Origin: a virus | Direction: 5' to 3' (one strand) | Virus record (IMG/VR): IMGVR_UViG_3300035047_000236 | Length of the DNA: 64,000 nucleotides | Part shown: piece after piece, positions 18,843 to 31,400 of the stretch | Position numbering within the stretch: the stretch's first letter is position 1 | Layout: every line of letters begins with the position of its first letter | Notes under the pieces: model-generated | Seen by the model: only the letters and a program-made list of their open reading frames with translations | What the model was told of the DNA's origin: nothing | The model's database searches: none | Made by a program: the position numbers and the translations under genes

Positions 18843-19436
18843 TTATGGTATATAATTAAATACATAACTAGCTACGGGTATGGACCCTGGAACATATTCT
18901 ATTTGGAAATTTTGTAAGTAATAGCTGCTGCTACCTATACCCATATTAGGAGAAGTACACCCAGATTCTGTAGAAGTATCAAAATTGATAGGTCCGCCAG
19001 AATATGACATACCCAATCCCTCCTCTTGAACACTATAATTATATAAAGAGGAAGGTCCTGATTGAGAAGATGCACTAACAGAAACAGTACTTCCTCCTAC
19101 AGCAGTCTTTATTAAATAAACCCCTGTAGCATCAGAAGTTTTAAAGGATCTTCCTTGACCTGAAAATATAAAAAACGTCTCATCTAATTCACAGCTATAT
19201 TTTTTTAACCATATAACTTGTGTTCCTGCTCTTGAAGGGCATCCAACATGTATACCCATATTGGAATAAGCAGATATGTTTATAGTTCCTGATCTAGACC
19301 CTCCTACTAAATAAGAACATCCATAATCGTTATACTCTGTATTAACATTATTTTGAACAGATATAACACACCCAGGAAGAGAAAGACCTGTCTCTACTAA
19401 AAAGTTTCCTACTAATTTGCAACAACCAGAAGACAA
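18843..19436 (-). CDS. putative tail-tip protein, tube-like fold
   Basis: TTG start. CVISVQNNVN...SGTINISAY resembles 17368..18024. Confidence 0.4.
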   Translation of the reverse strand: MSSGCCKLVGNFLVETGLSLPGCVISVQNNVNTEYNDYGCSYLVGGSRSGTINISAYSNMGIHVGCPSRAGTQVIWLKKYSCELDETFFIFSGQGRSFKTSDATGVYLIKTAVGGSTVSVSASSQSGPSSLYNYSVQEEGLGMSYSGGPINFDTSTESGCTSPNMGIGSSSYYLQNFQIEYVPGSIPVASYVFNYIP

Positions 19437-19443
19437 TTTTAAG

Positions 19444-19854
19444 TTACCCCTCCATCATTTTTTTTTTAGATCCTGTATCACTAAAATAAGTACCATATGC
19501 AGGTCCTCCCATTGGAATTGATGAGTGATCATGGACAGGAACTCTTCCTATAGATATCACACACATTTCACCAGTAAGTGAGTGGAAATATATAGTATTA
19601 TCCGCAGGATAATTGTGTTTGTACTTTATAGCAACTTTATTAGCAACTGGAGATATTTCTCCAACTTCATCATTTTCTATATAAAACCCATTAATCAAAG
19701 CTCTTAGATTTCCATTCTGATCTTTTATTGGTTCCTTCCTAGGAAAAAATCCTCCATTATTTTTCATATTTACAGGTACATATATAGTATATGTTTCTCC
19801 AGGATTAAAATAAACTGAAATATTAGTTACACTATGCAACTGAACCCCCGTCAT
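19444..19854 (-). CDS. putative central-spike-associated protein with C-terminal HxH motif
   Basis: Ends IGRVPVHDHSSIPMGGPAYGTY. Follows the hub genes. Confidence 0.4.
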   Translation of the reverse strand: MTGVQLHSVTNISVYFNPGETYTIYVPVNMKNNGGFFPRKEPIKDQNGNLRALINGFYIENDEVGEISPVANKVAIKYKHNYPADNTIYFHSLTGEMCVISIGRVPVHDHSSIPMGGPAYGTYFSDTGSKKKMMEG

Positions 19855-20428
19855 CTGAATCTCTACTTATATCTACAAACATATTAATATTAGTAGGTTC
19901 TCCACCTGCTTTATATTTATCTGAATAATTCACACTACTTGAAAACGAAAGACCTACCTCTTTAGTAGACTGTGGGTTACTAAAATCTTTTGTTATATGC
20001 AACTGACCTACCTCAAAATCAAACTTACCACTACGTTGTCCAGGTCTAGCTAAATCATCTATAGATACCCAAGTATGGCTTGACCCTATACACCTTCTTG
20101 TATATTTTTTACCTTGAAGTAAAGATAAAACATCGGTTCCACTTATATTCAAAAAAACATATCCTGGGTCATCCCAACAAGGAGATAGTGAAGCTTGTTT
20201 GATTATACCTGTATATATTAAATCCATACTTCCTATGACACCAGCATATATCTTAACGTCACCTCCGGAAACTGATGACATACTGTTGGATGAAACCTTT
20301 AAAGAAGCACTAAATGAAGAAGCCTGGCCCCTAGTTTTAGTTACATTAAATGACTGTATAAAAGGTGTTTCAACAATCATACTTCCAACATGTATTCTGG
20401 CATTAACCTTTACTAACTCTATGCCCAT
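19832..20428 (-). CDS. baseplate/tail hub-like protein (gp27/Mu gp44-like N-terminal barrel)
   Basis: IQSFNVTKTRGQASSFSASL...IYTGIIKQ...LNISGTDVLSLL follows the hub-protein pattern. Confidence 0.55.
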   Translation of the reverse strand: MGIELVKVNARIHVGSMIVETPFIQSFNVTKTRGQASSFSASLKVSSNSMSSVSGGDVKIYAGVIGSMDLIYTGIIKQASLSPCWDDPGYVFLNISGTDVLSLLQGKKYTRRCIGSSHTWVSIDDLARPGQRSGKFDFEVGQLHITKDFSNPQSTKEVGLSFSSSVNYSDKYKAGGEPTNINMFVDISRDSDDGGSVA

Positions 20429-20430
20429 AA

Positions 20431-22443
20431 TTATACCTCTACAGGATTATTGTGTATAACACAGTTTACCACATCGCCTACTCTTAAAACATTTGGTGAC
20501 ATGTTTATTGCCATTCTTTCTCCATAACCATCTATTCTTACTTTAAAATGCATACCGTTTCCATAATTAGCTATAATTGTTCCTTGAGCTCTATAAGACT
20601 CTGTATTATTAATATAAGGGCCTTCAGCTCCTCCTCCTGAGTTTAAATTATTAGATAATATATAACCACCGGTATTTACAGATATAGTATAAGAACTACT
20701 GTCATTATATGAATAGTTTATACTATTAACTACACCGTTTGTACTTTTTTGACCCAACTCAAACTCTGACGCTTTTGGTCCAAAAACATACGTTGTTTCT
20801 ACTCCATCTCCATGATTTAAATGTTTAAACAAATTACTTGATAAATTATTTAGTTTAGATTCATCACCTGGTTTATTCAAAAAAGGTAAACTTACTTCTA
20901 CCCCTCCTCCACCTTCTGCCATAGAGTTTAAAACCTGTTCTAACTTAGTATCTTTTAAAGGTTGTGCAGTTGTTGGATCTCCGTCTACGACACCATCAGA
21001 CTGATCTACTATACTTCCATTATATGATATTGGGGCTGGAGGATCATATATAATTATAGGCGACACCATATATTCCAACTCATTTGCTATATTACTTGCC
21101 TTTGATGTTGCGGCTTCTGGGTCATACTCAGGGTCATATATTTTAATTGAAGGGGAATCTATAGATATAACAGCCCAAATCTCACTTACCAGTATTCCCC
21201 TATTCTCGGCTAGAGGATATATAGTCCCTTTACCAGTTTCGCCAGCATGTGCCAAACCAGATTCACCATACATACCCACTATATACTCGGTGTCTTTTCC
21301 AAAATTCTTTGGATTAGTTATTGAAACATCTTTACTAAATATAACCTTTGGTATTTTACCAAACGCTGTAGATTTATCATAGTGTATAACATAATGCTTG
21401 CCTTCACTTAATCTAAAAATATTTTTTGAAAAATCATTAATCTCTATATAAGCTATTGTATTGCCATTTTCTGGGATATCGTTTGCGGCGGAAGAATCAC
21501 CACCTTTTGTTGAAATTTTTACCATGTCTAGTTCTATACCTAACAACATTACTTCTTCTACTTTTATAAATTTATCTTTTTTTATACCCCTTACGTCCTC
21601 ATATCTTAACTCATCAGGTATATCTATAACCACACCTACACCATCTGGTGGTGGTTCTTTATAAACATATGCCCAGCACCCCTCATGTTCTTCTATGCCG
21701 CCAACTTCTGGCAAAACTGGCCTATCAACTAACTCTCCCATATCTGGGTTTGGACCGCCGTCAACAAGTATCGGTATAGTTGCCATATTTGAAGGAAGTA
21801 TCTTAGTGTCATCTGTAGCAGATTCTGGATTTTTTATATACCTAGCAAACCCTATTATCCTATCAAAAGGATTAGAATCAATTTCACTATATAACTTATC
21901 TAACCCATCTAAATATGATGAATCTAAATTTGGGTTATTATACACTATAACAGCGTGTGTGTCAAAATCAGGAAGAGAACAGTTTGTTGTCATAAGTGTT
22001 GTATCTGCTATATATTTAGATGTTCCCCAAATTGGCTTCCAATTCATTGGTTTCCAAGAAGGTATTGGTTTGCCACCCCTTACTAAGACACCTGAGCACT
22101 CTTCTTTATAAGATGAACTTTGTATTTCATAGTATAAATCTGTTGTATTTAAACTTCCATAACCTATTTGAATTAAAACAACTACACCACTGTTATCAAC
22201 TGCTAATTCATAAACATTGCCTGTGGTTGCTAAAAGCTCTAATAATGCCATATTTATTACCTGTGTTGCATCCATCCTCTTTATATCCAAACCATCTAAT
22301 TTGGAAGAATCTGGGCTAATAGAATTTGGTATACCAAAAGTATTTAATACACTAGATATTATACCAGATGTACTATCACATTCTATATTTAAGAACTCTC
22401 CTTCACCAAAGCCTGGCCAATTATAATCATCGCCTATAGACAT
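20431..22443 (-). CDS. tail hub protein (Tal/gp27-like) with probable C-terminal OB-fold
   Basis: Directly after the TMP. GNVYELAVDNSGVVVLIQ hub-like segment. C-terminal QGTIIANYGNGMHFKVRIDG...LRVGDVV is OB-like. Confidence 0.5.
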   Translation of the reverse strand: MSIGDDYNWPGFGEGEFLNIECDSTSGIISSVLNTFGIPNSISPDSSKLDGLDIKRMDATQVINMALLELLATTGNVYELAVDNSGVVVLIQIGYGSLNTTDLYYEIQSSSYKEECSGVLVRGGKPIPSWKPMNWKPIWGTSKYIADTTLMTTNCSLPDFDTHAVIVYNNPNLDSSYLDGLDKLYSEIDSNPFDRIIGFARYIKNPESATDDTKILPSNMATIPILVDGGPNPDMGELVDRPVLPEVGGIEEHEGCWAYVYKEPPPDGVGVVIDIPDELRYEDVRGIKKDKFIKVEEVMLLGIELDMVKISTKGGDSSAANDIPENGNTIAYIEINDFSKNIFRLSEGKHYVIHYDKSTAFGKIPKVIFSKDVSITNPKNFGKDTEYIVGMYGESGLAHAGETGKGTIYPLAENRGILVSEIWAVISIDSPSIKIYDPEYDPEAATSKASNIANELEYMVSPIIIYDPPAPISYNGSIVDQSDGVVDGDPTTAQPLKDTKLEQVLNSMAEGGGGVEVSLPFLNKPGDESKLNNLSSNLFKHLNHGDGVETTYVFGPKASEFELGQKSTNGVVNSINYSYNDSSSYTISVNTGGYILSNNLNSGGGAEGPYINNTESYRAQGTIIANYGNGMHFKVRIDGYGERMAINMSPNVLRVGDVVNCVIHNNPVEV

Positions 22444-22451
22444 ATTACACC

Positions 22452-25400
22452 TTATAAATTATTAACTGAATTTAAAGATTGATGTGCTAAACTTCTTATA
22501 CTATTAGCATCTGCAGCCAATCTACTAATACTAGAGGTTACATTATTATATAAATCTGATAACCTATATTCAACATTACCTATTCTATTGTTTATATCAC
22601 TTACACTTATAGATAATTTTTCATCTACCTTTGATCCAATTTTATTATCTATTTCTTCCTTTAAATTATTTATTTTTCTATCTACAACCGCAATAGAACT
22701 TAAAAACTTATTATCCATACTAACAATTGCTTCTGATATAGCATCTCTAGCAGAAGCTCCTACACTGTCTACTTTTATATTGGTTGTGTCAACGGCTACC
22801 TTTGAGCTGTTTATAGCGTTAGTAATTGCTGAAGATATTTGATTTGCTACATTCTGAGTATCTACTTTTATATTAGTTGTTTCAACGCCTAATTTTTTAT
22901 CTTCAACTTTAAGCGTTAAATTTCTAAGTTCATTTAACAATGAAGAGCTGTCAATACTTACAGTTTTATCTTCGACTCCTAATTTTTTATCTTCAACTTT
23001 AAGCGTTAAATTTCTAAGTTCATTTAACAATGAAGAGCTATCAATACTTACAGTTTTATCTTCGACTCCTACTTTAGTATCTTTAACCCTAAGTTCTACA
23101 TTGTTTAGATCGTTTATAAGTCTTGAACCATCTACATCTAATTTTTTATCATCAACTCTAAGTTTTATTCTACTTAATTCATTTAATACCTCAGCACCAT
23201 CTAATTTTATTGAAGATTTATTTAAAGACCCAGACACTAAATTAGCTGATATAGTTTCTTTACTTGAATTAACTAACCCTCCATCACCAAAAAACTTTGG
23301 AAGTATAAACTCACCTTTTTGTGCAAAAATAGGTCCAGTTTTATCTACAAACCCTCCGTTATGAAAAACCGGTATAGATCCATTATTAGGATGATTATGT
23401 AATATATTACTTAAAACCTTTCCTCCTTCAGAAAATTCAGATCTAAATTCTCTTAATATCTCATGCATAGCTTTTCTAACCATTCCAGGAGAAGCATTAT
23501 AATCTTTAGCAATATTATTAATACTTATATTGTCTTTAAAAAGACCCATAATACTATCTTTATCTTTATAGTTATTAGCCAAGTATTTTTTTAAGTCAGG
23601 TTCTGTACTTTCAAGATCTTTTATTATACTTTTATATACTAAGTCACTGCCTGTTAAGTTTCTTAGTGTAGACATATAGTTTTCCATATTAGATCTCGAA
23701 TCAGAAGCAGCTGGTTGATTTTTTCTTAGTAAATATCCATCCTTAAGTGCTTCAGAACCACTAGTTCCTATTCCTTGTTCTTCTAAAGAAGACCTTTCAC
23801 TAACATTATTGTAAAGGCCTATTTTTTGTGGTCCATCAAGTCTATTTGTGATATCTCTATTATGTAAACCAACAGTTTGTGGGGGACCAGCATAGCTTTT
23901 TGCACCACTAATAGGAACACCAACCCCAGGAGATCGTTTATTTGATTTAGTTCCGTATAACATACTCCTCAAATAATTTTCTGCTATTACAGCGTCATCT
24001 AAAAAATTCTGTATCTTTGACTCATACTCTACAGTACCATCAAACCCTTTTGCATACTCTATTTCATTCAAAACATCGTTGGACTTACCCTTTAAAGGCA
24101 CACCTTCTTCAAAATTATATACGTTTCCATCTGCGCCTATAGTCGTCTTAGACAAGGGTGAAATTTTAGAAGGAACAGTAACTTTTTTCATTAAATCTGG
24201 GTTTGTATATATATTCTCTCCTCTAGACATCATATCTATCATTTGTCTTGCAGACATTAATGCATCCCTTTTATCTATAAGATCCAAAGCGTCCTTATTT
24301 CCTGATTTTAATAACTCACCAAAAGGTTTTCCAGTTTTACTTATTTTACCCCTTAACATATCAGTGTATCTTCTTATATGCACCGCTTTGTTAAAAAATT
24401 TTACATAATCACTTGGGTAGTCGTTTACTAAAGGTAGATACTCTGAAAATCCAAAATCAGTTTTCTCTGGCATATACAAGGAAGGAGCTTCTAGTCTATT
24501 GGTTTTAGTTTTTATATCTGTAGTAGGGTTTATACCAGCATCCATAAAAAATGGTCCTGTTGGTGTGTAAAAACCTTTTCTTGCCTTGCCAAAAGAGGCG
24601 CCTGTATCTATGTCTTTATATGTATCAAAACCAGTAATTTCATTAAAACTTGAGGTTAAATCTTTTACATTACCAGATCTAACTAAATCTTCAAGTTGTT
24701 TTTGTTTATTTGATCTTTCTATCATTTTAGTTTTAAACATTAAATCTTTTTTTAACATTCTATTTAAACGATTGTTTGCTTTTTCTCTTTCTTCTTCTAT
24801 AATTCTATTTGAAACATCTTTATGAGAATTTATTGCCCAATCATATCCAGAACTATTACTTTCTAGTCTGCCTTCATTTTCTGTTCTCATTAAAGAATAA
24901 CTTCTATCATTAAAATCTTTTTCAGAAACCTCAAAAACACCAGAAGCATCTCCTACAAAAGATCTAATACCTCCTTCAGTAATATTACCAATAGAAGGTG
25001 TGTTGTTTCCAATATTTCTATCAAGATATCTTCCACTTACTTCATTTATACCATCTGATCTACCTATAAAAGATCTAATGTTGTTTTTATTTGAACTTTT
25101 TTGTGTTCCTAAAGCTGCCTGTTTTATTACATCGTCTATCCTCATATTATTTTTATTTATCTCATCATTAGCAAACCTTTCAAATAGAGCACCTAAACCC
25201 TCTCTAACCCTTGTTATAGCATATTCTGGGTCATTTACATATTTGGACTTCATAAATCTATCATATATATTATCTATTGTTATAACATATGGATCTTCTA
25301 CAACTCCGCCGGCTGCAAAAGATGGTAAACCCTCTATCTTGCTTCTTGGGTCAATAGCAGACCATTTACTCCCATGAAACTCTGTTATAGACTCTTTGAG

Positions 25401-28400
25401 TTCCCCAGGAGCATCTATACGATCTGGATCTCCAAACATTTCATGTAAAGCAAAAATCTCTGCATACCTTTCCTCATTAGATTTTCCTCTAGCTTCTGGC
25501 GTAAGATTTTCTTCTGGTATACCCCATAATCTATCTAAAACACTTATCCTTTTTTCTGGTGAGTACCTTTGGTCTATAAAATCCTTACGGTGACCAAACT
25601 CATGCATTAAGGTGCTAATAGGGTCATAATCATAACTATCCCATGTCCTTAATGGGCTGTTCTTATCAAAAAGAGAGCTGCTGTTTAGAAGAACTTTTGA
25701 CTCTCTATTAATACTACCGTCTGAATTCTTTATTCTACTGCTTGCAGCATGTGCACCAAATTTAGTTGAATGTTTGAAGTCTTCAAGATTATATCCTTCA
25801 GGCAAGTTTCCATCAAACAATCCAATTGTTAATCCCTCTTGTATTTCTGGATACTTATCTAATATCTTTTCAATATATGGAGCTAATTTATTATATTGAT
25901 CCAAATTGAAGTAATCATTATCTTTAAAATTGAAATTTACTCCTGGGTATTTTTCAGACAAATATTTATTCTTTTCATCTATGGATTTATACACTGTGCC
26001 GCCTTCTGCAAAACCTGGTATTGTTCCCTTCTTATTTATATGATCTAATGTGTTATACCCAAGTTTCTGTGCTGTATGTGATCTTATAACGAACTCCCCA
26101 GGGCTTAAATATGCTGGAACTTTATCTTCACGAGGTCCTCCCGCGCCGAAAATTCTTCCACCTGAAGCTTTTCTTTCTACATGATCTTTAGTAATTACCT
26201 CTGTAGTTTCCAACCTAGCTTTAAGTACTTTATCTTCAACCTCTAAAGGCTTATCTTCAACTTTTAGAGGCTTGTCATCTACTTTTAAATACTCATTATA
26301 ACCTTCTCCATATATAGGTCTTCTTTTTGCTATATTTATGTGGTTAGTAGAATATAGATCTCTATTTTCTTCCATATATGAAACATGTTCTTTTTGTCTG
26401 TCATAAGCCTCTGGAAAATAATCAATAAAATCAGAAATCTTGCCTGCAACAAAACTAAAAGCTCTTTTTGTAACACTAGAAATAGTTTCTGTAGACGGTT
26501 CGTGTTCAAACCCTGTACCTGCTGGTAGCTTATAACCAACAAAATCTTTTACAACATTAGAAGCGAATTTACCAACTTTAGTATCAGATATGGATGTAAA
26601 TCCTGGGTACAGGTAATCCCTTCTGATTTGATCTTCTCGTGATAGTGGAATTCCAGAAAGTGGTCCAGCATGATCCTCCACATAATCATAATATTTCGTT
26701 GTTCCTAATGCATCTTTCTCACGGAAAGGGGCTGGCCCAGGAGCTGTTCTACTACCTGGGTCATTATCTGCATTAGATTTATCAGCATAAAATAACGATA
26801 TTGTTTGTAAATAACCATTAGCTTTTTCAAGTTGAGTTACTATGGGTTGAGATATGGCTTTATACATAACACCTTCTTCAGATGTAGCCTGTAGGGCTTC
26901 TTTAAATCTTACAATAATTTCATCATATTTATCAAGAAAACCACCATCTACACCTTTATAAAAATAATCAAGCCCACTTTTTTCATAATATTCTTTTCTA
27001 ATATTATACTTTGTTTTATCAAGGTCTCCTTTTTCGTATTGAGACTTTATTTCGTCTAGTTTTTGTTGTTTAGAAACGACCTGAACAGAGCTTTCTAATT
27101 CTCTTCCTATAGTTGAAATTATTTGTCTTATATCAATAACATCATTTTGATTTGTTATTTCCCCAGACTCTAACAGTCTAAACAAATCCTCCTGTAATTT
27201 GACATATGGTGACTGAGTTGTCTCAAAAAGCCTATTCCTTTCAGTCTGTTCTTTTGTAAATACTAAATTTTCATATTTTGAATCTAACTCACTTAGCCTA
27301 TAACTCAACTCCATTTTTTCTTTTGGGTCTTTAGATGTTTCAAGTTTATCAAGTATTTCAGCCCTTTCCACATCCTTAGCTGTACTCTCGCCAGATATTA
27401 AACTAACACCAACCCTAGAGGCCATTCTCTGTTGCTCTGGTGATACTGAAACAGACGCCAGAGGGTGTCCGCCTCCAAGAAGTTTAGATATATTAGTGTT
27501 ATAGTTCTTAGACCCCAAAACTGAGCTAGAAATAGCTGTAGAATTTAAATCATCTAAAGAATCTTTAAGTTTATAGATATACGAACTTAGGGAAGATAAA
27601 TCTTTAAATGATTTACCTAATTCTATAGTGCTTTCCCTAGTTCCATCTAAAGCATTCTTTGCCTCATTCTCAAGTTTCTTAAGCCTGCTTATCTCATAAA
27701 TTCTTAAATTTTCTTCATCTTTAGAGACATTACCTTGTTTCTGCAGAGCTGCCAGATCAAATTCTTTAGATATTCTTTTATCGGACAATACTTTTAGAGC
27801 TTCAAACTGTGTATCGTAAGACCTTTGAAACTTATAAAAAGTATTAAATGCGTCTTTAAAGACTTCTGAAGAACTAGAGAACATACGTTCTTGTACAGAC
27901 ATATCTCTTTCATTTTTTGGCATCCTGAGTTCCCCAGAGAATCCTCTTAATAAATCCCCAGAAGATGTAGGAAAACCATACATAGAGTTTATATCTATAG
28001 AATTTAAAGCCTTAACATGATCTAATTCTATCATTCTTAGAGACTTTATTACCTCAGAAAGAGTCTGTACCTCATTTGCAAAAGATTTAAGCTCATTTAG
28101 AGTCCCATCGAATTCACCTATTTTTTCACCTATAGTTTCTAATGTTTTATTTATTTGATCTGTATAACTTTCTCTTTCTTTACCTTGGCTTATAACCATA
28201 GATTCTAATTTTTTTGAAAAATCTTGTACTTCTTCTCCATCTCCTGATTCTGCTGCTTCCATAAAGCCCTTAAATATTGCAGGCTCTTTTTTAAATATAT
28301 AATATAAATCTTCAAGTTGATCTGAACCTGTTTTTTCTGCGCCTGAAATTTGTCTATCCACTTCTTGTTTATTATCAAGATAGTTTTGTGCGGTAGTAAG

Positions 28401-31400
28401 TACAAGAGCAGACATCAATCCCTGAAGAACCCTTATACTGCCTTCACTGCCTGATGAAAGCTCTTTTTCAAATCTTCCCTTTAGTTTTTCCATATCTTTT
28501 TCATCAGCGACACTTCTTAGTTTATTCTCTATTCTTTCTGTCTCACCTTTAATACCTGCGTCATCACCGGCACTGTAACCTCCTGCTTTCATCTCTTTGT
28601 CTAGATCCTTTACAAAAACAGACATAGTCTTTGCCAATTTTTTTGAGGCTCTATTTATAGGTTTTCCATCAACTATACCTTGTGTTACTTTTTCAAAGTC
28701 TATATCTTTTATTTTTTTATCGGCCTCTTCAAAAGATTTAGGTAATTTATCTACATTACCTTTTAGCGCTTTAAACGCAAGATAAAGGCCTGAAGAAGCA
28801 ACCATAAAGTTTCTTATATTGCTATCATCCATTCCAGCAATACTTCCTGTTCCATGAGCAACTATGGCAGTTTTAGCTAAACCACCAACTGTATCATAAA
28901 CGCCCTTCATGTTTGTTCTTTTCTCTCTAATACTTCTTAAAGCACTAATATCTCTATCTATAGAGTCAGACGACATACCTTCATCTAAGTTAGCTTTTTT
29001 ATTTACCAAGTCTTCTATTGCTTTATCTATGTTTCTTACATCTGCGCCACTTATTAAGTCTTTTACTTTGGAAAAAGTAAGTGCTATTGCTGCTGTATTT
29101 GCCATATTACCAGTACTAAACATACCTTCACTATAACCAGTCTTACTTTCTTCTACACTCTTCCTTAAACTACTTACTACTTTTTGTCCCTTCTTACTCT
29201 TTCCAGACTCTGTTATCTCGAACTCATTTATCAAACCTTCTATAGGAACACCAGCAGCACTAACTCCTTTAGAAAATGCAGTTAAAAGTTTTTTAGTATC
29301 TGCGCTGCCTTCACTACGTCCTTCCAAGAAATCTATACCACTATTTAACAACATCTCTGTTCTCTCACGTATAGTAGCATCAATTTCATTCATAAGATCT
29401 ATACCAGCACTTCCGCCTTTTGAACCCGCCTCTTCACTCAAATTTTGAAGATCTATTATTTCTTGGTTGAATTTATTTAGTTTTGGATTACTTTTAGAAA
29501 ATAAACCTTTTTTAGTATAAAATTCTTCCGGCTTAAACTCCATAAGTGAAGATTTTTTTTCTTCAAATTTTTCTTTAGTGCTAGCTCCAGTAAAAATACT
29601 AACTAACGCACTTAACCACTTATTTGATTCTTGGGCTTCAATTGTCCCATCTTTTGTAGCTTTATTTATTTCATCTAAATGTGAAGCTATAAGAACCTCA
29701 CTCTTAGTGAAACCAGACTGTTCTTGTGTCTCTTTAAGATATTTTTCAAGGTCTTTTTCATCTTTAATATTATCAATATTTACTGCACCAAAGGCAGTTT
29801 GTGCTATACCCATATCATTTATATTACTTCTTGTTTGCACTAAAGTATCTATCTGACTAATTAGACCTTTTCGTTCTTGTTCAATGGATGATATTCTTTG
29901 GGCTACTTCTGCATAAACAGATGAGCTATTCATGGCCATTTGGTGTGGACTAAGCTCGTCTATACTCTTTACTCCTAAATCTGGAGGAGCAAGTTCTTTT
30001 GGAGCGCCTTTAGTAAAACCATATGTTTCAACATAAACTTTGTTTCTTGCTTTTTCAGCATCTATTAGATTTTTTACACTTCTAGTGCTGGACTCAATAG
30101 TCTTGGCAAGAGCCTCCATCTCCTGTCTAAATTGAAATACAACAGAGTTATTTTGTATAATCCCTTGTAATTCTGCTATTCTCTCAGCGTCTTCCCCTAC
30201 TAAATAATTAGATGAGTCAGCTGCTCCTCCTCTAACAGACTCCATTATAACTGAGTACTCTTTCATGGGCTCTTTCATGTATTTAGCATAATCCTCTGCC
30301 CATCCAGATTTATACCAATCCGTTGGAGCAGAATCAACATCAGGATTAACAAACCTTCCTGAAGAAATGTTATATCCCTTTTCTGTTTGTAGAAGAGTTC
30401 CAGTGTCTATATCACTAAAAAATTTAGTACCTAAGTCTAAGTTTCTTTTATTAAGATTTTCTTTATCCAAACCTACGATGCCTGCTTCCGCTCCTGTTAT
30501 AAATGTGGCCAACTTAGTTCTATGTTCTTCAGCTTTTCTTATTATTTCATCTGTTGGGTATATGTTTTTTATACTATTGTCTAAAATATTACTCTGGCCA
30601 CCAGAGTACATCAAAGCCTTTACAAACTCACCTGTTATACTATCTACATATTTAAGAAATATCTTATTAGATTCATCTATTTCCACCATAGCTTGTTGAC
30701 CGGCTATTCTATATTGTTCTGCAAACTTATCAGTTACAGTTACAAAATCTCCAGTTTTAATTGTCGAAAAGTTGTCAAAAGGGCTCCTTTCTGACATATT
30801 TGCCTCTTTGAATCTCTCAGACGTTATATCTCCTGTAGGTTCAAGCATTCCATAAATATACTGACCTACCTTCTCATCATTAGCTATTACTGATCTAAAT
30901 ATATCTCTTTGCATTATCTGCTTACCAGTAACACCCTCTCTATTATACACATCGTTTGTTGCTGCCATAACATCATAACCTGGAATTAGTTCTTCTCTAT
31001 TAAATATAGAATTTATTTGATTTGATTTTAAACCCCTAGTGTCTATTGACTCTAATATTTTTTCAAAATCACTGTTTATATCGTCAAATGTGTTTTTTAT
31101 ACTTTCAAGTTGTTTATACATGCCATCAAGTATTGGATCAAATGCAGTAGAAAGAGGATTAGCATTTTTTGCTACTATAACCTTATTCAATTCTTTAGTA
31201 AATTCAGATAACGCTTTCTTTGGTCCAACAGATATACCCTTCTCAAGCATATCTCCTACTAAAGGAACAGATTTTGCTACCTCGTTCATAATATACTTTA
31301 CGTTTTGATTTCCATCTGTTTTAGTTAAATCTTCAGAAAATCTAACAGCTATATCTGACTCTAACATAGCTTCTTGGTATCTTCTTATATTGTTTAAATT

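Noticed and set aside
22860-23220. CRISPR array interpretation of the direct repeats here and at 57710-58770
   Set aside because: Repeats are in frame within coding sequence, with periods of 90 and 21 bp and no unique spacers.
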